The position numbers were made by a program, and so were the translations under genes. Positions 9,350-17,269 of a DNA stretch of 64,000 nucleotides are shown here, piece by piece. Origin of the DNA: an uncultured Chloroflexia bacterium (GTDB lineage: Bacteria; Chloroflexota; Limnocylindria; Limnocylindrales; CSP1-4); the NCBI GenBank assembly GCA_963766735.1, contig CAVYBU010000017.1, positions 96,001-160,000 of the forward strand. The letters are read 5' to 3'. The notes under the pieces were generated by a model that was not told the DNA's origin, searched no databases, and worked only from the letters and a program-made list of their open reading frames with translations. Numbering within the stretch: the stretch's first letter is position 1; each line of letters begins with the position of its first letter.

Positions 9350-10240
9350 GTGAGAGTCGGGATCGTCCTCCCCCAGGGGTGGACGGGGGAGTACGACGGC
9401 TGGGATGCCGCCCGCGCCTGGGCGCGCACGGTCACGCTTGCGCACGAGACCGAGACGCTTGGATTCGACTCGGTCTGGCTGTTCGATCATTTCCAGACGG
9501 AGCCCGTCCCCACCGACGAGACGACGTTCGAGGCATTCGTTGCGATCTCCGCGCTGGCCGCCGAAACTGCCAGGGTCCGACTGGGCCACCTGGTCCTGTG
9601 CGCGGGCTACCGCAACCCGGCGCTGGTTGCCAAGATGATCTCGACCCTGGACGTGGTTTCCGGCGGCCGCGCAGAGCTCGGGCTGGGCGCGGGCTGGAAG
9701 GAGGACGAGTTCCTCGCCTATGGCTGGGGCTTCCCTCCGCTGCGGACCAGGATGGAGTCGCTCGAGGATGCCCTCGAGATCGCAACCCGCATGCTCCGGC
9801 CGGGCCGGGCGACATACTCCGGGCCGACGGCTTCCGTGCGTGACGCGATCAACGTCCCACGGGGTCTGCAGGAACCGCGCATCCCGATCCTGGTCGGCGG
9901 CAACGGACCCAACCGGACCTGGCGCCTGGCCGCCCGATTCGCGGACGAGCTCAACCTGGACTGGCTCTCACCGGAGGAGGTGATCGAGGCGCGGCCGGTC
10001 ATCGACTCGCGGTGTGTGGAGGTTGGGCGGGATCCGTCCACGCTTCGACTGTCGGTGAACATCGGGCGGACCGAAGCGGCGGTGGAGGGGGAGGCGCGCG
10101 TGGACCTGCTCCGACGCTACGCGGACGCTGGCGTGGACCGCGTGATGACGATGATCCGGGCCGCAGCCGACGACGACGGCGCGCTGGAGCGCTTCGCCGA
10201 GGACTGTCGGGCGGCCGGCTGCGAGCTCGACGGAGCCTGA
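9350..10240 (+). CDS. Luciferase-like (LLM) probable F420-dependent oxidoreductase
   Basis: GFDSVWLFDHF, YRNPALVAKM, DVVSGGRAELGLGAGW, PILVGGNG. Confidence 0.88.
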   Translation: MRVGIVLPQGWTGEYDGWDAARAWARTVTLAHETETLGFDSVWLFDHFQTEPVPTDETTFEAFVAISALAAETARVRLGHLVLCAGYRNPALVAKMISTLDVVSGGRAELGLGAGWKEDEFLAYGWGFPPLRTRMESLEDALEIATRMLRPGRATYSGPTASVRDAINVPRGLQEPRIPILVGGNGPNRTWRLAARFADELNLDWLSPEEVIEARPVIDSRCVEVGRDPSTLRLSVNIGRTEAAVEGEARVDLLRRYADAGVDRVMTMIRAAADDDGALERFAEDCRAAGCELDGA

Positions 10241-10723
10241 GCAGAGCAGGCGCACGGGGGGAACACGCCGGCCGCTCTCGGACGACTGCGCAATGGCTGG
10301 CACCTGTCCGCCAACCCGCAGCACGCCCACCGATGCGCGGCCCCAGGCCGGTTCACCCACGGCGAATTCACGGCGCGGACGATCGCCTACAACGTGGATG
10401 CAGCGAACCGCCACGAAGATCGAGTCGCCGGTCCTTCCCTGTTGCCCATACCTTTCGAACGTCGAGACGATCGACGCCTCGGATGAGAGGGCATTGGTCG
10501 GGTTCGACGTCGGACCGGTCTCGGATGCCGCGGTCGGCGGTCACGCAGGCAAGACATTCCGTCTCACCAACCGAGCTTCGACCCGGTCGTCCAGTCGATC
10601 GTCTTCGAGACGTCGTCGCTCCCCGGGCGTGCGGCGCAGATGGTGCTCCGTGCGTGCCGGGGCACGCCACCCGCCGGAGCGGCCCGGACCTCGGGGCGCT
10701 TGCGCGTGGTACGTTTTGGACAC

Positions 10724-10799
10724 GCGGGAGTAGCTCAGTTGGCAGAGCGGCAGCCTTCCAAGCTGCATGTCGCGGGTTCGAACCCCGTCTCCCGCTCCA
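10724..10799 (+). tRNA. tRNA-Gly (anticodon TCC), CCA encoded
   Basis: GCGGGAG/CTCCCGC acceptor stem, GCTC/GAGC D-arm, GCAGC-cTTCCAA-GCTGC anticodon arm, GGTTCGAAC T-loop, ends TCCA. Confidence 0.97.
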
Positions 10800-10872
10800 C
10801 TTTCCCGTTCGCGCTTGAGCGACGCGATGCCTGGTGGCGGCACGCCCTCATCGACCGCGCTCGGTGCGCCGC

Positions 10873-11628
10873 TCACTCCCAGCGGAAGAACCGCGCCGAG
10901 ATCACGCCACACACGACCAGGATGCCGGTCAGGACTGCGGCCTCCAGCCACAGGTCGGACCAGGGCTCCCCGACCCAGAGTCCACGCATGAGCCTGACGA
11001 CGTAGGTGAGCGGCAGGAGGTCGGCAATCCCCTGGACCGTCGGCGGGAGCAGCTCGTACGGGATCGTCGCCCCGCTCAGGAACATCATCGGGTAGGCGAC
11101 AACCATCCCGACCGTCTGGGCAACCCGCGCCGAGGGGGCGAAGCTCGCGATCACGAACCCGATCGCGAGGAACGCTAGGGTGCTCAGGGTGAAGCCGGCC
11201 AGAACGCTCAGGATGTTGCCCTCGAACCGCACGTCGTAGGCGAGCTTCCCGACGATGACGAGGAGCACCATGCCCACCAGGGCCATGACCCAGTACGACG
11301 TCACGTCGGCGACGAGGTAGGTCATGGGGCGCAACGGGGTGACGCGGTATCGGCGCAGGATCCCGAGCTCGCGGTTGACCGATGTCTGGATCGGGAGGCC
11401 GATGAGACCCACGGTCACGATGATGATCCCGAGGTAGGCCGGGACCGTGACGTCCATGGAGCCGAGACCCCCGAAGACCTCGCTCGGCTCGTTGCCATAG
11501 ATGAGCCCGAACAGGACCAGCATGATCGGCGCAAAGAACATCGTGAAGAAGGTCGCGATGGGCTCGCGCACGTAGAGCTTCGCCTGCGTCCAGGTGAAGA
11601 TCGACAGTCCGCGGATCGACGTCGCCAT
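10873..11628 (-). CDS. ABC-2 type exporter permease
   Basis: About six TM segments; RELGILRRYRVTP, PMMFLSG, LLPLTY. Confidence 0.9.
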   Translation of the reverse strand: MATSIRGLSIFTWTQAKLYVREPIATFFTMFFAPIMLVLFGLIYGNEPSEVFGGLGSMDVTVPAYLGIIIVTVGLIGLPIQTSVNRELGILRRYRVTPLRPMTYLVADVTSYWVMALVGMVLLVIVGKLAYDVRFEGNILSVLAGFTLSTLAFLAIGFVIASFAPSARVAQTVGMVVAYPMMFLSGATIPYELLPPTVQGIADLLPLTYVVRLMRGLWVGEPWSDLWLEAAVLTGILVVCGVISARFFRWE

Positions 11629-11635
11629 GGCGGCA

Positions 11636-12559
11636 TCAGCCCCGCATCTCTCGCCCGGTCAGAGCCAGGAAGACGTCCTCGAGGTTCGGCTGCTCCGTCT
11701 GGAGATCGTGGAACGAGACGTGCGCAGTCTCGAGAGCGCCAAGGATCTGCACCAGGACCCGATCCGACTGTCCGTACACGACGGCGTGCCCGCCCGACCA
11801 CTCGACGCGCCCCACCCCCGGGATGGCCCGCAGTGCTGCGAGGACCTCGTCAGCAACTCCGTCAGCACTGAAGGCGATCCGCTGCTCGGTGCCAAGTCCG
11901 CGAATCAGTGCCGCAGGGGTGTCGAGCGCGACGATCCGCCCAGCGTCGATGATCATGACGTGGTCGCACAGCCTCTCGGCCTCCTCCATGTAGTGCGTCG
12001 TCAGGAAGACCGTCTTTCCCTTGGCTCGTACGTCGCGCACCAGGTCCCAGGTCGCGTGGCGCGCCTGGGGATCGAGCCCGCTGGTGAGCTCGTCGAAGAA
12101 GATGAGCTGCGGATCGCCGACCAGCGCCAGTGCGATCGCGAGGCGCTGTTTCTGGCCACCGGAGAGGTTGGCGTAGGGCACGTTCTTCCTGTCCGCCAGG
12201 CCGAGCCCCTCGAGGATCGACTCGGGCTCGAGCGGCTGCGTGTAGAAGGATGCGAACAGGCGCATGGCCTCGCCCACCCGCAGCCTCGCCGGGAGGGCGC
12301 TCTCCTGGAGCTGCGCCCCGATTCGCTCCCTCAGGACTTTGCCTTCCAGGCGCGGGTCGAGTCCGAGGACGCGCACCCGGCCGCCGTCGGGCGATCGGAG
12401 CCCTTCGAGGCACTCGATGGTGGTGGTCTTGCCTGCCCCGTTCGGACCAACGACACCGAAGATCTCGCCGTCATCGACTCCGAACGAGATCCCGTCAACG
12501 GCGCGAACCGAGCCGTATGACTTCACGAGGGCCTCGACGGCGATGACCGGCTCTGTCAT
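11636..12559 (-). CDS. ABC exporter ATP-binding protein (DrrA/CcmA-like)
   Basis: GPNGAGKTT, LSGGQKQR, FFDELTSGLDP, TTHYMEEAE, LEDVFL. Start at MTEPVI. Confidence 0.93.
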   Translation of the reverse strand: MTEPVIAVEALVKSYGSVRAVDGISFGVDDGEIFGVVGPNGAGKTTTIECLEGLRSPDGGRVRVLGLDPRLEGKVLRERIGAQLQESALPARLRVGEAMRLFASFYTQPLEPESILEGLGLADRKNVPYANLSGGQKQRLAIALALVGDPQLIFFDELTSGLDPQARHATWDLVRDVRAKGKTVFLTTHYMEEAERLCDHVMIIDAGRIVALDTPAALIRGLGTEQRIAFSADGVADEVLAALRAIPGVGRVEWSGGHAVVYGQSDRVLVQILGALETAHVSFHDLQTEQPNLEDVFLALTGREMRG

Positions 12560-12851
12560 GCGAAGGCGCCTCCCGCCACCCAATGCCGGCTCCCAGCTTC
12601 GCCGAACCTTCGTGCAGCGCCCTGGCGTCGCGCACCGAGCCGACCTGGACGTCACACCGATCGCGGACGACCCCTTGGTGGCGCAGCCGCGTTCGCCGCA
12701 TCACGACGAATCGTGAGCCGCCGGCGGTCGCGGCGTCAGAGGCATTGGTCGTGAACGTGACGTTGCCCTGCTGAAGCCCTCCCGACGACACGATCGCTCC
12801 ACACGCTGCGCTCGGGCCAGGGAGCACGCTGTGTGACGCACAGCCGTCCCC

Positions 12852-12897
12852 GCCCTCCAGGCCGCATGTCGCGCGTTCGGACCTCATCTCCCGCTCC
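12852..12897 (+). repeat. Degenerate 3'-half copy of tRNA-Gly
   Basis: gccctccaggccgcatgtcgcgcgttcggacctcatctcccgctcc aligns without gaps to the anticodon-to-3' part of 10724..10799, with several substitutions. Confidence 0.75.
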
Positions 12898-12948
12898 GAC
12901 GCCTCGTCCGTGATCAGCGTGCTTGGACGTTGCCCGTTTCGGCCGTAT

Positions 12949-13015
12949 GCTCAGTTGGCAGAGCGGCAGCCTTCCAAGCTGCATGTCGCGAGTTCGAACC
13001 TCGTCTCCCGCTCCA
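12949..13015 (+). pseudogene. tRNA-Gly pseudogene / att-like duplicate lacking a pairing 5' acceptor strand
   Basis: 65 of 67 nt identical to tRNA positions 10-76. The two differences are a compensatory G-C to A-T pair in the T-stem. Upstream TCGGCCGTAT cannot fully pair with CTCCCGC. Confidence 0.85.
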
Positions 13016-13109
13016 CCTTCCCTCTCGTGCTCAGCACGACACGCAGCCTGACTGCGCGGCAGGATCGAGGGCTCGACGACGACCACCCAGACGGAGGAGC
13101 GAGCGTTCG

Positions 13110-13955
13110 ATGCAGACCGACGGCGTCGATCAGGTGCACCCCGACCGGTCGCTCGAAGGGGCGCTGGACGAGGCGCTCGCCGGGTTGCCCGACGAGGACC
13201 GTGCCGCCGCGCTCGAGGCCGTTGACTATCGCTGGCTTGCCCTGGGCATGAGGCTGGGCCTGGAGCATCCCGACGAGGCGCGTCACCTGCTCGAGATGAT
13301 CGGAACCCGGGAGGCCGATCGAGCGGCGCTCCGCGAAGGCGACTCCGGGGACGTCGTCCGAGCCGGCATTCCCGCCAACGAGGATCCGGGGGACTCCGCG
13401 TCCGTTCCGGTCCGATCCGCGCTCCTCGCCCGGGCGGCGGCGCTGCCGCCGTCGGAGCGGGCGCTCATCGGGCCGGAGGCGACGTACGGATGGGCCGCAA
13501 GGCTCACGCCCGCAGAGATCCTGCTGCTCGGGCGCGTGGTCCAGGACATGCAGGCCTCGGGCTCGTCGCGGGACATCGGTCGTGGCTTCGGCCTCGCGTG
13601 GGACGCCGGCGTTCGGCTGCCGCGCCAGGAGCTCAAGGGGATGTTCCGAGAGTTCGCCGAGCTCGAGGTGACGGTCGCTGGCGTCCTGGTCGGACGCGAC
13701 CTGCGGGCGAGCGAGCCGGCCCCGAAGACACAGGGCCTCGGTGCCCTGCTCGGCCAGTTGGTGCCCAGGTCACGCCCGGACGAGTCACAGGCCGATGCCG
13801 CGGTCGAGAGCAGCGGCGAGTTGGGGCGGCTCGGCCTGATCGCCTTGTGGAACGTCTGGATGGCGGTGCGCTACCGGAGCCTCATCCCGCGGCCGACGTT
13901 CGAGGCGCTGGTCCATCCGTGGGAGACCGTCGTGGGTCGGCTTCCAGAGCCGTGA
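13110..13955 (+). CDS. Hypothetical protein (281 aa, mostly helical)
   Basis: GGAGGAG RBS before ATG 13110; codon usage typical of the host; no recognisable motif. Confidence 0.7.
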   Translation: MQTDGVDQVHPDRSLEGALDEALAGLPDEDRAAALEAVDYRWLALGMRLGLEHPDEARHLLEMIGTREADRAALREGDSGDVVRAGIPANEDPGDSASVPVRSALLARAAALPPSERALIGPEATYGWAARLTPAEILLLGRVVQDMQASGSSRDIGRGFGLAWDAGVRLPRQELKGMFREFAELEVTVAGVLVGRDLRASEPAPKTQGLGALLGQLVPRSRPDESQADAAVESSGELGRLGLIALWNVWMAVRYRSLIPRPTFEALVHPWETVVGRLPEP

Positions 13956-14056
13956 GGCACGAAAGACACAACTGCCCGACGCGGGCCCACCCGGGGCCGC
14001 ATCCTGGGGTCGAGTTGCCCCGCCTCGCTTCTTGAGTTGCAGGGAGGATCGTCGCC

Positions 14057-15289
14057 ATGTCGCTGCCCGGCAGGGTCGCGCTGTTCACGAACGAGTACCC
14101 GCCGAACGTATACGGCGGTGCAGGCGTCCACGTCGAGTACCTCAGCCGGGAGCTGGCGAAGCTGGTGCCCGTCGAGGTCCGCTGCTTTGGCGACCAGGAC
14201 GTGGACGAGCCGGGCCTCCGGGTGAAGGGCTATGGCCCCTGGGCTGAGGCGGCCCACGACACCGATCCCCGCTTTCGGGGTGCCCTTGATGCCTTCCAGC
14301 GCAACCTCGCGATGGCCAAGGACACCCTCGACGCGGACGTGGTTCACACCCACACCTGGTACGCCGACATGGCCGGCCTCCTGGCCAAGCGCCTGTGGGG
14401 CGTCCCGCTTGTCGTGACGACGCACTCTCTCGAGCCACTGCGCCCCTGGAAGGTTGAGCAGCTGGGCAACGCCTACCACCTGTCGAGCTGGATGGAGCAC
14501 ACGACGATCCTGGACGCCGACGCGATCATCGCGGTCTCGCAGGAGACGAGGGCGGACGTCCTGCGCTTCTTCCCGGTGGACCCGGCCCGCATCCATGTCA
14601 TCCATAACGGGATCGACCTCGACCAGTACCGCCCGGATCCGGGCACCGACTTCCTGGAGAAGTACGGTATCGACCCCGACCGCCCGTACGTCCTGTTCGT
14701 CGGCCGGATCACCCGCCAGAAGGGCATCATCCACCTGGTCAACGCGATCCCCGACATCGACCCGTCGCTCCAGGTCGTACTGTGCGCCGGCGCGCCTGAT
14801 ACGGCGGAGATCGGGGCCGAGATGACACAACGGGTCGCGGAGGTGAGCGCGGGCCGGGGCGACGTGATCTGGGTCCGCGAGATGGTGTCACGCGAAGCCG
14901 CGATCCAGCTCTACTCGCACGCTGCGGTGTTCTGCTGTCCGTCGGTCTATGAGCCGTTCGGGATCATCAATCTCGAGGCGATGGCCTGCGAGACGGCGGT
15001 CGTGGCGTCGGCTGTGGGCGGGATTCCCGAGGTGGTGGTCGCGGGGGAGACGGGCCTCCTGGTCGATCCGGAGATCCGCCCGGGCACGTTCGATCCGATC
15101 AACCCGGCCGCGTTCTCGGCCGATCTGGCGGCCGCGGTCAATCGCGTCGGCCTTGATGCCGAGCTCAGGGGGCGCATGGGCCGAGCAGGCCGCAAGCGCG
15201 CGGAAGAGCATTTCAGCTGGGCGGCCATCGCCCGCCAGACGCTCGATCTGTACGGAACCCTGTTGGAGGGCCGCCGGGAGGCCTCATAG
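14057..15289 (+). CDS. glgM: GT4 glycogen synthase of the Corynebacterium/Mycobacterium type (alpha-maltose-1-phosphate synthase GlgM)
   Basis: EYPPNVYGGAGVHVEYL, HTHTWYA, HSLEPLRPWKVEQLG, VGRITRQKG, CAGAPDT, YEPFGIINLEAMAC. Confidence 0.88.
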   Translation: MSLPGRVALFTNEYPPNVYGGAGVHVEYLSRELAKLVPVEVRCFGDQDVDEPGLRVKGYGPWAEAAHDTDPRFRGALDAFQRNLAMAKDTLDADVVHTHTWYADMAGLLAKRLWGVPLVVTTHSLEPLRPWKVEQLGNAYHLSSWMEHTTILDADAIIAVSQETRADVLRFFPVDPARIHVIHNGIDLDQYRPDPGTDFLEKYGIDPDRPYVLFVGRITRQKGIIHLVNAIPDIDPSLQVVLCAGAPDTAEIGAEMTQRVAEVSAGRGDVIWVREMVSREAAIQLYSHAAVFCCPSVYEPFGIINLEAMACETAVVASAVGGIPEVVVAGETGLLVDPEIRPGTFDPINPAAFSADLAAAVNRVGLDAELRGRMGRAGRKRAEEHFSWAAIARQTLDLYGTLLEGRREAS

Positions 15290-15375
15290 GGGTCCCGCGC
15301 AGCGGTACCTCCTTCAGTCCCTGGCCGGCAGCGGAAGGAGGATGACAGCGGTGGCACGCGCCGGAACACGAAGAG

Positions 15376-15401
15376 ACGGGGGGCGATCGCTCGCCCCCCG
15401 T
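15376..15401. terminator. GC hairpin between convergent genes (likely bidirectional terminator)
   Basis: Perfect 11-bp stem ACGGGGGGCGA/TCGCCCCCCGT with a 4-nt loop. Confidence 0.65.
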
Positions 15402-15422
15402 CCGTTGTCGCGGTGACGCTCG

Positions 15423-16673
15423 CTAGCGGCGCCGGCGCTGGCCGACGTACGTCACGGACAGGAGCAGAGTGCTCATGACCGCGAGGAGGAGTCCGAGCAC
15501 CGACACGAGCGGTGAGGCGTCGGACCTCGTGCTCGGATCGAGCGTGTCGGTCGGGGGCGGAGTTGGGGCGGCGACCGTGATGACAGCCGCGACCTCCAGC
15601 GTCGCTTCGCCGGGATCGACCCCGATGGCGACGATCGAGTGGGTTCCAGCCGATGTGGTGGTCGGGATCTGGACGGTCGTCGAGAAGGTCCCGTCTGCCG
15701 AGGCGATCACGGTCTTCAGGTAGACCGGCGTCGAGTACAGCCATAGCTCCACGTCGGAGTCGCCCATGAAGCCCTGGCCCGACACGACGAGATCCTGACC
15801 GGGTACGACCTCGGTGTCATCCACGATGATTGCCGGCTCGCCTGGAGCCGCCGTCGGAGCAGCCGTCGGGGCAGCCGTCGGGGCAGCCGTCGGAGCCGCC
15901 GTCGGGGCAGCCGTCGGAGCCGCCGTCGGAGCCGCCGTCGGAGCCGCCGTCGGAGCCGCCGTCGGAGCCGCCGTCGGAGCCGCCGTCGGGGCCGCCGTCG
16001 GAGCCGCCGTCGGGGCAGCCGTCGGAGCCGCCGTCGGAGCCGCCGTCGGAGCCGCCGTCGGAGCCGCCGTCGGGGCAGCCGTCGGAGCCGCCGTCGGAGC
16101 CGCCGTCGGAGCCGCCGTCGGAGCAGCCGTCGGGGCAGCCGTCGGAGCCGCCGTCGGCGCAGCCGTCGGAGCAGCCGTCGGAGCCGCCGTCGGAGCAGCC
16201 GTCGGAGCAGCCGTGGCCAGATCGATCAGCCCGGTGATAGCCCCCGGCACGGGCTGGCCCGTAGTCGCGTTCCCGTTGATGTCGTAGATCGTGTTGTTGT
16301 TGCCGAGCGTCCAGCCTGGCTGGCTGTTGCCATTGATCTCGGCCAGGTTCGTCTGGCCGTTCGGGTCACCGTCGGAGTTCGCCCCGGCTGCCCCGTTGAT
16401 GGCCGCGGCATTCGCTCCACCCTGCACGATCGCCCACCCATACGGGTTCCAGGTGTCCTCCCCCGCAGGTCCGTGGCAGAGAAGGCAGGCCGCGTTGGTG
16501 TCAGAGGTGGATGCGGGGTAGATCCCCGACCAGGTGTTCCCGATCGAGTTGAAGGCAAGGACGCTGGCCGGGATGACCAACAGGGCCAGGGCGGTGGCGA
16601 GTCCCGCGAGACGCGCCCGTCGGCGGTGCCGTCGCGGCTTCGGGGTCCTGCGTGGATCGTCGGCTTGATGCAT
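15423..16673 (-). CDS. Secreted surface-anchored protein: signal peptide, CxxCH domain, (TAAP)31 stalk, Ig-like domain, PPTDT-TM-RRRR tail
   Basis: Signal peptide ...LLVIPASVLA|F; CLLCH (16473-16487); NPYG...NSDGD...NLAEI; beta-rich domain ...ASADGTFSTTVQIP...GTHSIVAIG; C-terminal hydrophobic helix and basic tail. Confidence 0.85.
   Translation of the reverse strand: MHQADDPRRTPKPRRHRRRARLAGLATALALLVIPASVLAFNSIGNTWSGIYPASTSDTNAACLLCHGPAGEDTWNPYGWAIVQGGANAAAINGAAGANSDGDPNGQTNLAEINGNSQPGWTLGNNNTIYDINGNATTGQPVPGAITGLIDLATAAPTAAPTAAPTAAPTAAPTAAPTAAPTAAPTAAPTAAPTAAPTAAPTAAPTAAPTAAPTAAPTAAPTAAPTAAPTAAPTAAPTAAPTAAPTAAPTAAPTAAPTAAPTAAPTAAPTAAPTAAPGEPAIIVDDTEVVPGQDLVVSGQGFMGDSDVELWLYSTPVYLKTVIASADGTFSTTVQIPTTTSAGTHSIVAIGVDPGEATLEVAAVITVAAPTPPPTDTLDPSTRSDASPLVSVLGLLLAVMSTLLLSVTYVGQRRRR
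15843..16214 (-). repeat. Coding tandem repeat, 31 x 12 bp, encoding TAAP
   Basis: 372 bp of GCCGCCGTCGGA-type units; variation is confined to synonymous positions. Confidence 0.95.
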
Positions 16674-17269
16674 GTGTCTCCCTTTCGGCCGCGTTGGGCG
16701 GCCCGTGATCCGGCGCTGGTGTCACTACGACGGCGCCGTGCGGCGATCGCGTGCTTGCTGAGGTCTCCTCTGTGCGTGGGCGGACACCTGCATCAAAGGC
16801 ACCATCGAGGCGCCTCGCGACAGCGTCCAGGCCCGGGCTTGCCGACCCTGACGAGGCTCGAGGCTTCGAGCCATCCCAACGGCTGGCGGAGCCGGCCACG
16901 ACTCCATGCCTCTGAGGCGCAGGAACTGTCGCGGGGTTTCGGGTATCTGGGGGCCGTATGGCCTGTTATCGGGGGGCCGTAGGGCACATCAGCAATGAGG
17001 ACGACCAGGCACTCCGAGCGAGACACACCCGCGGCAATTCGCCGCGATCCGCACCCAGAGCCCGCGGAACCGCCATTTGCCGGGCAGCGCGGGGCATATG
17101 CCGGCCTGGGGCGGGACACGGGTCCGGTCCTGAGCGTGGGCCGGCGCGAATGCCAATCAGGGCGACATCTGAGGGTTCCGGGCTCGGGAGGCTCCGGCTC
17201 TGGGCTGGGGAGCGCCGCGTCCTGCGTCTCGCGTCGTGGCTGCGTGTTCGAGCCTACGCGCCTCGAGCC

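Noticed and set aside
10293-10733. 146-aa ORF upstream of the tRNA
   Set aside because: No motif or clear RBS, atypical composition, and it runs into the tRNA.
10800-13100. Prophage or ICE at tRNA-Gly
   Set aside because: No integrase, phage or conjugation genes; only tRNA-derived scars and an ABC pair.
15843-16214. Regular repeat array as a possible CRISPR
   Set aside because: Head-to-tail 12-mers with no spacers, synonymous-only variation, in frame within a CDS, and no cas genes.
16848-16875. CUGACGA plus hairpin as a hammerhead ribozyme
   Set aside because: The required GAAA after stem II is absent (ATCC follows).
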